DNA of 22,411 nucleotides from Opitutales bacterium (GTDB lineage Bacteria > Verrucomicrobiota > Verrucomicrobiia > Opitutales > JABSRG01). Of the stretch, positions 1 to 8,881 are shown one piece after another. Location of the stretch: assembly GCA_049599475.1 (NCBI GenBank), contig JBMYOQ010000069.1, positions 1-22,411 of the forward strand, given 5' to 3'. Each line of letters opens with the position of its first letter. Positions within the stretch are counted from its first letter, which is position 1. Made by a program: the position numbers and the translations under genes. The notes beneath the pieces were generated by a model. The model was not told the DNA's origin, did no database searches, and saw only the letters and a list, made by a program, of their open reading frames with translations.

Positions 1-18
1 AACTTTCGCAACCGCTGC

Positions 19-44
19 GGCGGTCAGAGGACTGACCGCCCTAC
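19..44 (-). repeat. GTAG-type REP-like hairpin
   Basis: Minus strand reads GTAG-GGCGGTCAG-TCCT-CTGACCGCC: a GTAG tetranucleotide followed by a perfect 9-bp stem with a 4-nt loop. Confidence 0.65.
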
Positions 45-139
45 CCATCCCAATGCTATTATTGAATTACTCAGGAATATGACATCGATCGACGTAACGG
101 AGTGGAGATGGCTTAGCAAATCACGCCCCCTTGTCCGCC

Positions 140-406
140 CTACTCGCCGTAATGAGTCCACATACGCAGGATCAGCACTTTCCGCTCTTCTTCATAAACT
201 TCGTAGACTATACGATGCTGGATATTAATCCTACGAGAATAGCATCCTTTTAAGTTGCCCAACAAGGCCTCATATGGAGGGGGAGTTCCGAAAGGGTCCC
301 TCTCAATAATACTCAGAATCGCCTCGGCTTTCTCTTTAAGGTTGCTGCGCTTGAGTTTTCGAGCATCCCGCTGGGCCTGATTTGAATAAAACAGCTCGTA
401 ACTCAC
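140..406 (-). CDS. yoeB: Txe/YoeB family type II toxin (ribosome-dependent mRNase)
   Basis: 88 aa; motif 'PPYEALLGNLKGCYSRRINIQHRIVYEV...LRMWTHY'; start overlaps the stop of the upstream antitoxin. Confidence 0.93.
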   Translation of the reverse strand: MSYELFYSNQAQRDARKLKRSNLKEKAEAILSIIERDPFGTPPPYEALLGNLKGCYSRRINIQHRIVYEVYEEERKVLILRMWTHYGE

Positions 407-645
407 CAGTCCAATTGCTTACTTGCTGCTGGAAAGCCTTCTTTGCGGGCTTGCTCAATCGAATCAACCATTCCCGGTATAGAATTCAAAAAAAGTGTCT
501 CCTCGATCGATCGCCAGTCATCCGCTGAGATCATAACTACATTCCCTCTCTTGCCGGTAATTTGAATAGGCCGGTGTGATGCGTTTGCTTCATCAATCAG
601 AGCATACAGATTATCTCTAGCTTTTGTTGCAGTTATACTATTCAT
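403..645 (-). CDS. yefM: Phd/YefM family antitoxin
   Basis: Probable start is ATG at 645 (MNSITATKARDNLYALIDEA...PIQITGKRGNVVMISADDWRSIEETLFL), a typical YefM signature. The ORF-track start at 717 looks over-extended. Confidence 0.92.
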   Translation of the reverse strand: MNSITATKARDNLYALIDEANASHRPIQITGKRGNVVMISADDWRSIEETLFLNSIPGMVDSIEQARKEGFPAASKQLDW

Positions 646-654
646 TGGACAAAA

Positions 655-662
655 ACGTACGT
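655..662. promoter_or_regulatory. Putative TA autoregulatory operator palindrome (ACGTACGT)
   Basis: Perfect 8-bp palindrome with a GTAC core about 10 bp upstream of the yefM ATG. Characterised YefM-YoeB operators have a TGTACA core. Confidence 0.35.
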
Positions 663-799
663 CATAGCGTCGTAAAGTCAATCTCGTATTTTTGGCGAAC
701 AGTCCAACCTGCGACACAGATTATCCATTGTGAAACCTTTGATTTTCGCACAACTCCAGCGCTGTATACTGACGCCCACATTCCAAAACTGGAGTTTTT

Positions 800-861
800 G
801 CCGCGGAAAGCGCGGAAACTTTTTATACGTATTTTCCGCGCTATTCTGCGTTTTCCGCGGC
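800..861. repeat. 9-bp-periodic inverted repeat element (CGCGGAA type)
   Basis: Left arm gccgcggaaagcgcggaaa (800-818); right arm ttttccgcgctattctgcgttttccgcggc (832-861). Confidence 0.7.
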
Positions 862-1000
862 TTATATTCGAGCCATTTATGATCAAGTAATTCATTAAGG
901 CATGATCAACTACCGACGATTGATGGTTAGGAGATTTTAGAGGTGCACTCATGTGGATGAAGCCGTAATTACCCTGAGAAATCTAAATTCTTAGCTAACC

Positions 1001-1555
1001 ATGATCAAGACCATCGAAGAAGCACGCGATCTGATTAAGGAGGTCAAGATTTGCACAATATTCGAGAGCGACAAATCACCCCACACATCGCTTTGGGAAC
1101 ATGTAGACTTCCCGGATAAACAGCCTGGGGAAAAAGGTTGGGGTAAGAAGATGGGGGCCGTTTGGACGTGGAAAAATCGCCTACCCGCGGAATATCCTGA
1201 CGAAATATTTTATGGGAAAATCAAAGGCGGATTCGCGGTATTGATGGATATGGAATACTTGGATACGCACCATTTTGAAAAAGCGTATAAACCCATTGAA
1301 TCCCTCCCAACGCTCCTTCAACAGATCTACCAGAAAATAAGTCTCGAGCCGCGTGAAACGACCGGCTTGCGGAACGAAATTCGTGAAGCCACTGGGTGCT
1401 CCAAAAGTCAATTCGATACCGCACTCAAAAATCTGCAAATCACCATGAACATCGTGCGCAGTAACGACCCCGAAATCGATAGCGACACCTGGGTGCCCTT
1501 TAAGGAGATCTACCTAGACATCTGGAATCGCCATACTCAGGAGAGTGAAAATTAG
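1001..1555 (+). CDS. Hypothetical protein, possibly an AlkZ/YcaQ-related winged-helix protein
   Basis: 184-aa clean ORF. 'WTWKNRLP...IFYGKIKGG' and the C-terminal 'TTGLRNEI...SKSQFDTALKNLQ' segment resemble wHTH AlkZ-related proteins (by recall only). Confidence 0.5.
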   Translation: MIKTIEEARDLIKEVKICTIFESDKSPHTSLWEHVDFPDKQPGEKGWGKKMGAVWTWKNRLPAEYPDEIFYGKIKGGFAVLMDMEYLDTHHFEKAYKPIESLPTLLQQIYQKISLEPRETTGLRNEIREATGCSKSQFDTALKNLQITMNIVRSNDPEIDSDTWVPFKEIYLDIWNRHTQESEN

Positions 1556-1564
1556 CTACAGAAT

Positions 1565-1740
1565 TCTCTCACGGAGGCACGGAGAACACAGAGTCTTTCA
1601 CAGAATAATTTTATCTCTGAGGCCGCTAGCGTTTAAGGAGAGACTCCTTGAACAGAGTTGAGACAACTGGGTGATCCTCAACTACCGATTCAAATTCTCA
1701 GAAACTGCAATCTCCGTGTGCTCCGTGCCTCCGTGAGAGA
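1565..1740. repeat. 9-bp-periodic inverted repeat element (CACGGAG type)
   Basis: Arms 1565-1593 (tctctcacggaggcacggagaacacagag) and 1712-1740 (ctccgtgtgctccgtgcctccgtgagaga) are reverse complements at 27/29 positions. Confidence 0.85.
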
Positions 1741-1754
1741 AACACACAGCGATT

Positions 1755-2084
1755 TCAACCCAGAGATGCCCGTTGTTTTAAGCTCCTTAAGCCCAAGTCC
1801 AAAGCCTCAAAGCGAATTTCACGCCGCGAGAAACGGGCGATTTCCTTTATCCCGGCCTCCTGGAGAACTTTCATTCCACGCTCGTATTCGAATAAATGCC
1901 GTGATGGTTCATGTGCATCCGCGGTCAGGGTAATTGAAATCTCTCGTTCCACGCACTTTTTCAAAATATTCGGAGACGCATAGGTTTCATTGCAAGGAAG
2001 CCCAAAACCAGCAGTACTGAGTTCTCCCTTACACCCGCTACTACTGTCGCTCCAGCCAGTGTGGTTGTGAATGGTAGAGATCAT
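1755..2084 (-). pseudogene. PHP-family histidinol-phosphatase (HisJ-like) remnant with a large internal deletion
   Basis: From ATG 2084 the N-terminal PHP motif 'HNHTGWSD' is joined almost directly to the C-terminal motifs 'ELSTAG...ETYAS...ITLTADAHEP'. Only 109 aa; the central barrel is absent. Confidence 0.7.
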
Positions 2085-2100
2085 AACTAATTTTTCTTTT

Positions 2101-2179
2101 TTAACCACGAAGGGCACGAGGAACACGAAGATAAGGTTTCAGCCTCAAAACATACTGATCAAAATCCTTCGTGGTTGAA
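2101..2179. repeat. 9-bp-periodic inverted repeat element (CACGAAG type)
   Basis: ttaaccacgaagggcacgaggaacacgaag (2101-2130) plus a partial right arm ccttcgtggttgaa (2166-2179). Confidence 0.8.
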
Positions 2180-2183
2180 TTAA

Positions 2184-3245
2184 TTAACACGATTTACAGT
2201 TTTTGCATGCGATGCATTCGAAGATAATTTTGGGTGCCTTATATCGCTCCAATTCCTTCTTTTCCACGGAGATCACCTCAAACGGATCATCAAGAGCTTC
2301 GAGAATTTTGGATTCTGTGAAAAATTGCTTCGGGATGCCTTTCACGTGAGTTAACTTCCAGCCTTCAAGTGAATCAGGCGAACCAAAATGCCTATCCCCC
2401 ACGGCATTTACACTGAAGGCAAAGATTCCACCGGGAGATAGAATCTCGGCGATCTCTTTAAAAATCCTGAGCGTCGTCGTACGATTGAAGTAATGCAGCG
2501 ATAGGCATGCGGAAATCAGGGAAAACGCTTCAGATTCAAATTCTAATCCCTTAATGATATCGCGCTGCAGATGCTCCGCTTGAGGGTTCTCCGCCTCGCT
2601 CTTCTTCAGCGCCTCTTCCGAGAGATCAATCGCCGTGACATCGAACCCGTGCTACAACAAAAATTTCGTGTCGCGGCCGAGACCACATCCAATGTCCAAG
2701 GCTTTGCCTTTTGGCATAAGGTGCACCCAAGGCTCTAACCAATTATTGGGCAGAATCTTCTTCGCATAATCATCGCGAGCATAGCGCCGATTCCATATGG
2801 CCTCAGGACTGAGGTACGCCTGCTCGGGCCAAATTTTCTGGGCAACACCTACTCCGACCTGAGCCAAGTCTACCAACTCAATGCCTTCCGAGGCGTGCAA
2901 CGGCTGCCAAGCACACATGTCAGTTGAGCCCGCAATCTCATTTCTGAGCGTTCCCACAAATTCTGTCACACGATATATGATACGTATTGCATGAAATTCA
3001 GAGCCGTCATTTACATCATAGAGATTATCAATCGTTTCCAGTGAATACCGTATGACCCGCAGCCCTGTCTCCTCATAGACCTCCCGCTTCATCGCTTCCT
3101 CAGGACTCTCTCCAAACTCCAATCCACCCCCTGGCAAGCCCCAATAGCCCGGCCAGCCTGTTTCCTCAGTAAGTCGACAAAGTAGAATTTTTCCTTCCTG
3201 ATGCAATAAAGCGTAGGCTGCGATACGTTGGCGCTGAGACTTCAT
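2184..3245 (-). pseudogene. NUDIX hydrolase / class I SAM-methyltransferase fusion interrupted by an in-frame TAG (2652-2654)
   Basis: NUDIX box 'GGGLEFGESPEEAMKREVYEETGL', then motif I 'ALDIGCGLGRD'. After the TAG the same frame continues 'HGFDVTAIDLSEEAL...CLSLHYF...EILSPGGIFAF' into the 2184..2402 ORF. Confidence 0.85.
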
Positions 3246-3423
3246 TATGTGCTATTTATTAAGGATCAAAAAATCTTAGTCATCCCCCTTGAGCCGTTCT
3301 ATATCCCTAGGTAAAAATTCTAGCTGTCATCAACATAAGTCCATGAACCCCTCGTCCAGACTAAGCAAATTCTGAAACCACCTGCCACTAAAGCTTAACA
3401 TGCAAAACAAGACTGTAACTTAC

Positions 3424-3451
3424 TTTCGTGCTTTTTGTGCCTTTCGTGGAC
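3424..3451. repeat. Solo right arm of the 9-bp-periodic repeat family
   Basis: tttcgtgctttttgtgcctttcgtggac resembles the right arms at 8818 and 10221. Confidence 0.6.
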
Positions 3452-3478
3452 AACTCTCATTTATATTAATATCTAAAA

Positions 3479-3781
3479 ATGGCCTCCTACATCATCCTCA
3501 ACTACACTATCGATAACAAAGAAGAGTTTCTTGCTTACCAAGCTGAAGCCAAAGACACCGTGCTTTCTGGAGTCCTCGACTTTTTGGTCTATGAGCCGCA
3601 CACCGAAATACTCGAGGGCGAGGATATCGGAAAGCAAACCGTCATATTCCGTTTTCCATCAGCAGACGCTGCACGCACGTTCTATCATTCCAAGGAATAC
3701 CAAAAAGCCCTCCCACTTAGGCTGCGTTCTACATCCAAACATTTTGCGGTGCTGGTATCCGATCGTCCTGAAATTTCCTAG
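3479..3781 (+). CDS. DUF1330 domain protein
   Basis: 100 aa; 'EILEGE...TVIFRFPSADAARTFYHSKEYQKALPLR' is the DUF1330 signature. Confidence 0.85.
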   Translation: MASYIILNYTIDNKEEFLAYQAEAKDTVLSGVLDFLVYEPHTEILEGEDIGKQTVIFRFPSADAARTFYHSKEYQKALPLRLRSTSKHFAVLVSDRPEIS

Positions 3782-3883
3782 TATAGTCTTAGGCTTCCAT
3801 CGCATTTTGATGAGGAGTGGTCAATCGAGACGATCGCCCTACCTCTCACAATACTCTGCCTCTCGGGTAGGGACAAACGCGGT

Positions 3884-3906
3884 GCCCGCCCAAGCTTTAG
3901 CGAAGG
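3884..3906. repeat. AAGCT-core short repeat (copy 1)
   Basis: gcccgcccaagctttagcgaagg matches the reverse complement of 6170-6192 at 19/23 positions. Confidence 0.55.
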
Positions 3907-4023
3907 TTGACCCTCGCTTAACCGGAGAGCTTAAGATGAAGTACCCGTTAAGCTGAAGTAACATTGTGGTTTCGACCGCCTTGATAGCTTGCCCATCGCA
4001 CTCGCTTAGGTGACCTTCCTCAC

Positions 4024-4818
4024 GTGACAGTCCGAATCGCTAGCTGGAATACTTGGAAAAATGACGGAGCCTATAGACGCCGCATACCCGCGATGGTTAA
4101 GGTATTGAAGGCTGTGCAGCCTGATGCCCTTTTGCTCCAAGAAAGTTTTCGGGCGGATACACCCTCAGAGAGCATCGACACGGCTGCTCTCCTTGCAGAT
4201 GCCCTACGCATGCATCTAGCCTTCGCCCCAGCTCGGACAAAGGTGCGCGCCTTTGAAGGCGAATACGTCGAGTCCGTTTCTGGTCATGCCATCTTAAGTA
4301 AAAACCCTCTTGAAAGCATCGAGCGTCGCGAACTCGTCACCACACCAGAAGGCGGTGAACGGATCGCCCTCTTTGCACGCACACAGATAAGGGAAACTTC
4401 GCTCGCGCTAGCCTGTGTCCATTTCGCGCACCGACGTGGCGACGGCACCATCAGTACGCAGCAATTTTCATCTGTAATGAATTATTTGGCACAATTTCGA
4501 CAGACCGAAGATCTGTCACTAATTGGAGGGGATTTTAATATGAGCGCGGATAGTCCCGATTTTAAAAACGCATGCATTCCCCCAAAATTCACCGTTCAGG
4601 ATCCGTTTGAAAAACAAGGAAGCGAAACTCCCACACACCCTGTGCCGGCAAAAGAAGGACGCCCAGGACGCCACATTGATTTCCTTCTGACACTCTCTTC
4701 AGAGAGCGAGCCTACCCCGCAGGTACTCGATAGAGGCATCGCCGGCATTGAATACGACGCAACCTTTGCCACCTACCCCAGCGACCACGCGCTCGTTTGG
4801 GCCGATTTTGAGGTGTAA
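4024..4818 (+). CDS. Endonuclease/exonuclease/phosphatase (EEP) family protein
   Basis: Motifs 'IASWNT', 'LLLQE', 'GGDFN', 'HIDFLL' and 'YPSDHALV'. Confidence 0.9.
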   Translation: MTVRIASWNTWKNDGAYRRRIPAMVKVLKAVQPDALLLQESFRADTPSESIDTAALLADALRMHLAFAPARTKVRAFEGEYVESVSGHAILSKNPLESIERRELVTTPEGGERIALFARTQIRETSLALACVHFAHRRGDGTISTQQFSSVMNYLAQFRQTEDLSLIGGDFNMSADSPDFKNACIPPKFTVQDPFEKQGSETPTHPVPAKEGRPGRHIDFLLTLSSESEPTPQVLDRGIAGIEYDATFATYPSDHALVWADFEV

Positions 4819-4852
4819 AGGGCACCCAAAGGGTCGGGTACGATCGCATTTA

Positions 4853-4878
4853 CTCTGCGTTCTCCGAGCCCTCTGCGA
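4853..4878. repeat. Solo arm of the 9-bp-periodic repeat family (CGCAGAG type)
   Basis: ctctgcgttctccgagccctctgcga resembles the reverse complement of 18702-18730. Confidence 0.5.
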
Positions 4879-4916
4879 ATTTACCCCCCGCATATAAAGT
4901 CATTTACAATGCTAGA

Positions 4917-5360
4917 TCAACAACACGTCTGATCTGCACAGCAGGCCGAATCAGATTCTTTGGATGTCTCATCCTGACCATAGTAAGTGTCAGAGTCTTC
5001 AAGCACGCGGTAAACCTCCCACATTGAGCCATCGGGATCATGGGTGATTACTTTGTTTTGCTCAGCGAAACAGCAGACTTTCTTCTCCTCAATACGATGC
5101 TCGATGTCGGCGGCCTTCAAGCGTTCTGCGGCTGCTCCGATTGTAGAATCATCAAAGACCTCGACTCCCAAATGATTCACGCGATTGGCTTCGCCTGGGT
5201 TTTCGAATAAAACCAATTTCACCGGTGGATTCTGAATAATCATATTCGCATAGCCTGGCTTGCGCTTATTCACAGTGACACCGAACAGGCCGGTGTAAAA
5301 ATCAATGGCCTTCTCGAGGTCAGCCACGTTTAGGGCGAGTTGTAAACGGTTGCTTTCCAT
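4917..5360 (-). CDS. ArsI/CadI family VOC metalloenzyme (putative C-As lyase)
   Basis: 'RLQLALNV', 'NHLGVEV', 'VCCFAEQNKV...DPDGSMWEVY': Q/H/E metal ligands plus the vicinal CC typical of ArsI/CadI. Cys-rich tail 'SACCADQTCC'. ATG at 5360 (alternative start 5366). Confidence 0.85.
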   Translation of the reverse strand: MESNRLQLALNVADLEKAIDFYTGLFGVTVNKRKPGYANMIIQNPPVKLVLFENPGEANRVNHLGVEVFDDSTIGAAAERLKAADIEHRIEEKKVCCFAEQNKVITHDPDGSMWEVYRVLEDSDTYYGQDETSKESDSACCADQTCC

Positions 5361-5437
5361 GCTCAAAATTATTTTTGTCGTATTTGGTTAGTAAAATGGG
5401 AGGGAATAGATTTCATAACCTAGATAGTGACGAGCAT

Positions 5438-6091
5438 CTAACGGCCCCACTTTTCCAAAAAGACTTCGGGATCCAAAATATCTTCTAGGCGCTCTTTGAG
5501 GGTTTCGTGGTCCCAGTCCCAGTATTCGGTTTCCATGATGCGTTCGCGGATCTTTTCGTCGAAGCGGAATTTAATGACTTCGGCTGGAACACCCACTGCG
5601 ATGGCATAAGGTGGTATGTCGCGACTGACCACGGCTCCTGATCCAATACAGGCTCCGATCCCAATGGAACGGCCTGCAAGCACAGTGACCCCGTGGCCGA
5701 TCCACACATCATGTCCGATGTTGCAGGGGTGGCTTTTGCGCCATTCAAAAAATTCGTGATCATCTTCTTCCCCAAACCCGTATTGCTTGCGGCGATACGT
5801 GGAGTGACTGGTGGTTACGCGCCATGTGGGGTGATTTCCCGGGTTGATGCGCGTATGCGATGCAATCGAGCAGAGTTTGCCAATCTTAGTCCAGACACAG
5901 CCTACATTGCCCGCAAGATAGCTGTAATCATCCATCGAACTCTCGCGCATGGTGCAGTTGGCCCCCAGTGCGGTGTATGCTCCGAGGTAGCTGTCCTTAA
6001 TGTGGCAGCTCTCGTGGATACGAGGCTTTTCACTCAGCATACTTGGGCCAGATTTTTTGGGCGTTCCGAAAGATTCGATATGTTGCAGCAT
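5438..6091 (-). CDS. Hexapeptide-repeat (LbH) acetyltransferase, phosphonate-metabolism-associated type
   Basis: 'LSEKPRIH...DDYSY...IGKLCSIASHTRINPGNHPTWR...FFEWR...IGHDVWIGHG...GSGAVVSRDIPPYAIAVGVPA' matches the acetyltransferases found in phn clusters. Confidence 0.85.
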   Translation of the reverse strand: MLQHIESFGTPKKSGPSMLSEKPRIHESCHIKDSYLGAYTALGANCTMRESSMDDYSYLAGNVGCVWTKIGKLCSIASHTRINPGNHPTWRVTTSHSTYRRKQYGFGEEDDHEFFEWRKSHPCNIGHDVWIGHGVTVLAGRSIGIGACIGSGAVVSRDIPPYAIAVGVPAEVIKFRFDEKIRERIMETEYWDWDHETLKERLEDILDPEVFLEKWGR

Positions 6092-6169
6092 ATCCGAAAT
6101 CTAGTCTCGGTTTTTAAAGACGATATTAAGATCGATTAATGCGGAGGCGCGTCGGGCAATCCACCCCCT

Positions 6170-6192
6170 CCTTCGCTTAAGCTATGGCCGGC
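6170..6192. repeat. AAGCT-core short repeat (copy 2, inverted relative to copy 1)
   Basis: ccttcgcttaagctatggccggc. Confidence 0.55.
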
Positions 6193-6210
6193 CCTGGGTG
6201 ATCCCTAACC

Positions 6211-7215
6211 CTATTTTTCTAATACTGCTTCGAGTGCTAGGGATGGGTGATCAGTGAAAATTCCGTCCACGCCTATTGTTTCTTGGAAATGCCGAACGAA
6301 GGCGGCGAACGAGGGAAACGCCTCTTGCGGGTATTGATCTGCGCGGAAGGTAAAGGGGTGTATGGTGAGGCCTTGGCGTTTCGCATTTTTTATGAGATCC
6401 GAAGGAGCACCTTCCTCATCGAGGCATTGAGGAAACCAGGGGCCAATGCCATCGACGACCTCTGCTATGCGCTCGAGGCCTGTTATTGTCATTAGCAGGT
6501 CGTAATCGGTTTCGGATTCTCCCCAGCTGTTTTCGGCGATCAATTGCACAAGCTGTCCCGGATAGCCGAGCTCTTTGCGGATACGGATCGTTTCGGCTTG
6601 GTCAAAACACTGTAAGTATACGGGCGCATCTTCACCGAGCCAGCCGTGATCCGAAAGGGTCTCGAGTGTGATTTTAGAAATGTCCAATCCCGCTTTGCGG
6701 TGAAAGGCTGGAGCCTTGATTTCTGGATAGATCCACACCTGTTTTCCCGTGGTGCGGTTGAGCTCTTGCACGAGTCGAATCTCCTCGGCGAAAGTCGGAA
6801 TTTTTAGGCCCTCCATTTTGCCCTTAAAGCGCTCGGGGTATACCTGCTTGCCGGTATCCGCCTTGAAACGCTCGGTAACGTTTAGCTGCTTTAATTCAGC
6901 AGCCGTAAAATCGATCGCATAGAAGCGCCCGTCCTCACGTGCGCGATCTGGAAATTTCACGGCAACATCGGTCGTCGTGTCGATATGGATGTCATGAAGC
7001 ACGAATAACACCTCGTCTTTCGAGGCAACTAAATCCTGCTCAATGGCGTGCGCCCCCATGCCATAGGCAAGTGCCTTTGCGATCAAGGTATGCTCTGGCA
7101 AATGCCCGGATGCTCCGCGATGCGCGATAATCCAAAAGTCATTTTCTTTTGAATACAGCATTGATGCGTAAGAATTTAAAACGATGAACAGAAGCAGACT
7201 GATGGAGGCTTTCAT
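6211..7215 (-). CDS. glpQ: Glycerophosphodiester phosphodiesterase, secreted/periplasmic
   Basis: N-terminal signal-like segment; motifs 'IIAHRGASGHLPEHT', 'IEQDLVASKD', 'YPEIKAP', 'LQCFD' and 'DGIFTDHP'. Confidence 0.93.
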   Translation of the reverse strand: MKASISLLLFIVLNSYASMLYSKENDFWIIAHRGASGHLPEHTLIAKALAYGMGAHAIEQDLVASKDEVLFVLHDIHIDTTTDVAVKFPDRAREDGRFYAIDFTAAELKQLNVTERFKADTGKQVYPERFKGKMEGLKIPTFAEEIRLVQELNRTTGKQVWIYPEIKAPAFHRKAGLDISKITLETLSDHGWLGEDAPVYLQCFDQAETIRIRKELGYPGQLVQLIAENSWGESETDYDLLMTITGLERIAEVVDGIGPWFPQCLDEEGAPSDLIKNAKRQGLTIHPFTFRADQYPQEAFPSFAAFVRHFQETIGVDGIFTDHPSLALEAVLEK

Positions 7216-7303
7216 GAAAGGCGTTCTCTAAACAAAGGTTATCGCAGCGGAGTGGCAAACGCATGAACAGTGTGATTTTGGTCTCAGACAGCTTTTTTTT
7301 CAA

Positions 7304-7330
7304 ACTACGAATCACACTAATCACGCAAAT
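7304..7330. repeat. Degenerate arm of the 9-bp-periodic repeat family
   Basis: actacgaatcacactaatcacgcaaat shows the same 9-nt periodicity. Confidence 0.4.
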
Positions 7331-7380
7331 CATTTCACCTGCGCTGGTAGGCGTTTTTGCGATTAGGGTAAAACGATTCC

Positions 7381-7902
7381 CTACCCTTGTTTCCAGGCTA
7401 AAACCTTTTTAACGAAATCACCTTTGCATTCGCTGTATTTCATTTTGTCCCACTCTGAGACTTCCGCCCATTCGTGTTTTTTCTGAGCGTATTCGTCGCG
7501 CAGCGCCGGGTTGTTTCGCAGGTTATCTACAAATTTGAGGTGGTCCAAAAGTCCTTGTGAGCCTCCGAGCCAGAGGTGGACATGGAACAGGTGCTTCCGG
7601 TCCTCTTCGTATTTCAGATACCAGTGATTCGCCTCGTGATGACAGTTTTTGAATTGGTAACCTAAGGTGTATTCCATCCCCTCGACGATGTGCCAGAGCT
7701 GGTTTGCATCCGCGTAATCCATCGCGATGTCGATGACTGGTTTTGCCATGAGTCCGGGCACAGCGGTGCTGCCCATATGCCATACTTGACCGCAATGCTT
7801 GCCGAGCGCTTCACGGATACGCGTCCGCTCCTGTTCGAATCGAGCCGGCCACTGAGTATCGTATTCAGAAAAGCCTAATTTGCCCTTTTCGAGACCAAAC
7901 AT
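7381..7902 (-). CDS. GrpB family (nucleotidyltransferase-like) protein
   Basis: 'YDTQWPARFEQE...HMGSTAVPGLMAKPVIDI...HVHLW...F.DNLRNNP...EYAQKK...YSECKGDFV'. Confidence 0.9.
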   Translation of the reverse strand: MFGLEKGKLGFSEYDTQWPARFEQERTRIREALGKHCGQVWHMGSTAVPGLMAKPVIDIAMDYADANQLWHIVEGMEYTLGYQFKNCHHEANHWYLKYEEDRKHLFHVHLWLGGSQGLLDHLKFVDNLRNNPALRDEYAQKKHEWAEVSEWDKMKYSECKGDFVKKVLAWKQG

Positions 7903-7913
7903 GAGACTTGCTC

Positions 7914-8711
7914 CTAAATTTTAAATGCGGGATATGCAGCGTCTGGAATAAACTCCGCAAGCGTATCGTAGCGATGTAAGCGGGCCTCTGGCATAGTGAA
8001 AAAGAGAGGATTTGCGGCAATGTCTTGGTTGATCTTCAAAATGCGCTCAATCAGCGTTTCTTTTTCCTCCTCCAAGAGTGGGCGCTCTAAATAGGCCAAG
8101 GTGGCGTGTCCAATAAAAGGACGTGTGCGCGCTAGACCGATTTCGTTCAGAGCGGCGTTGTGGTAGGCAGCATCGCGGATCGCGACGACTCGCTTAAATT
8201 CTTCCTCATCATCAAAGGTTCCGAGAATTCCGATGGCAGTGCGAAACAGGGAAACGCCGACCAATCGCATTTTAACGGGAGCTCCTTCGGGCGCTTGATG
8301 CGACTCGGCCACGTGCTTGCCTAGGATCTCAGGAAACTCCTGCTCGATGCCCTTGCTGCGCACGTACTCCTCTAGGCGGTTCGCGGAGAAGGTGCTGACT
8401 ACGGTCTGGTGAAAACTGTCTTCGGGAAGCGGAAACAGAGCGGGCTCCGTCTCGTTTGAGAAAGGCGCACACAGCTCATCGCGAATCGCGGTCAAGCGTG
8501 GATAGGTGTCCTTGTTTTCTGGATACGGTTTGACCATCGCCTGGAAGGCATAGCCCGGATAGGGCTGAGGCACCCAAGCGCCATCTATCCATTTGGCCCG
8601 CCCGCCGATTCCCAGCTTGGGCATGCGCTCGCGCATCCCCGCCTCGGTGATTTCATAACGCTGACGCGCTTCGTATTCCTCGTAATCGAGTTCTGATATG
8701 GTTTTGGTCAT
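7914..8711 (-). CDS. 2H phosphoesterase superfamily protein (DUF1868-like)
   Basis: Two HxT motifs about 100 aa apart ('LPEDSFHQTV' and 'FIGHATLAY') and an N-terminal 'PYPG'. Confidence 0.7.
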   Translation of the reverse strand: MTKTISELDYEEYEARQRYEITEAGMRERMPKLGIGGRAKWIDGAWVPQPYPGYAFQAMVKPYPENKDTYPRLTAIRDELCAPFSNETEPALFPLPEDSFHQTVVSTFSANRLEEYVRSKGIEQEFPEILGKHVAESHQAPEGAPVKMRLVGVSLFRTAIGILGTFDDEEEFKRVVAIRDAAYHNAALNEIGLARTRPFIGHATLAYLERPLLEEEKETLIERILKINQDIAANPLFFTMPEARLHRYDTLAEFIPDAAYPAFKI

Positions 8712-8746
8712 TATTTAAAAGTGGCGGTGTTTGATTGCTGTTTTTC

Positions 8747-8847
8747 TTAACCACGAAGGGCGTGAAGAGCACGAAGAATTTTAGAAATTAAACTCAGATA
8801 GCTTACCCGCGAGTAAGCTTCGTGTCCTTCGAGCTCTTCGTGGTTAA
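8747..8847. repeat. 9-bp-periodic inverted repeat element (CACGAAG type)
   Basis: Arms ttaaccacgaagggcgtgaagagcacgaag (8747-8776) and cttcgtgtccttcgagctcttcgtggttaa (8818-8847). Confidence 0.85.
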
Positions 8848-8881
8848 AAATTCAGCAGTTTAGCCCAAATTTAAGATACGA

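Noticed and set aside
624..952. ORFs 624..890 (+) and 662..952 (-)
   Set aside because: No recognisable domain; they run across the TA promoter and a repeat element.
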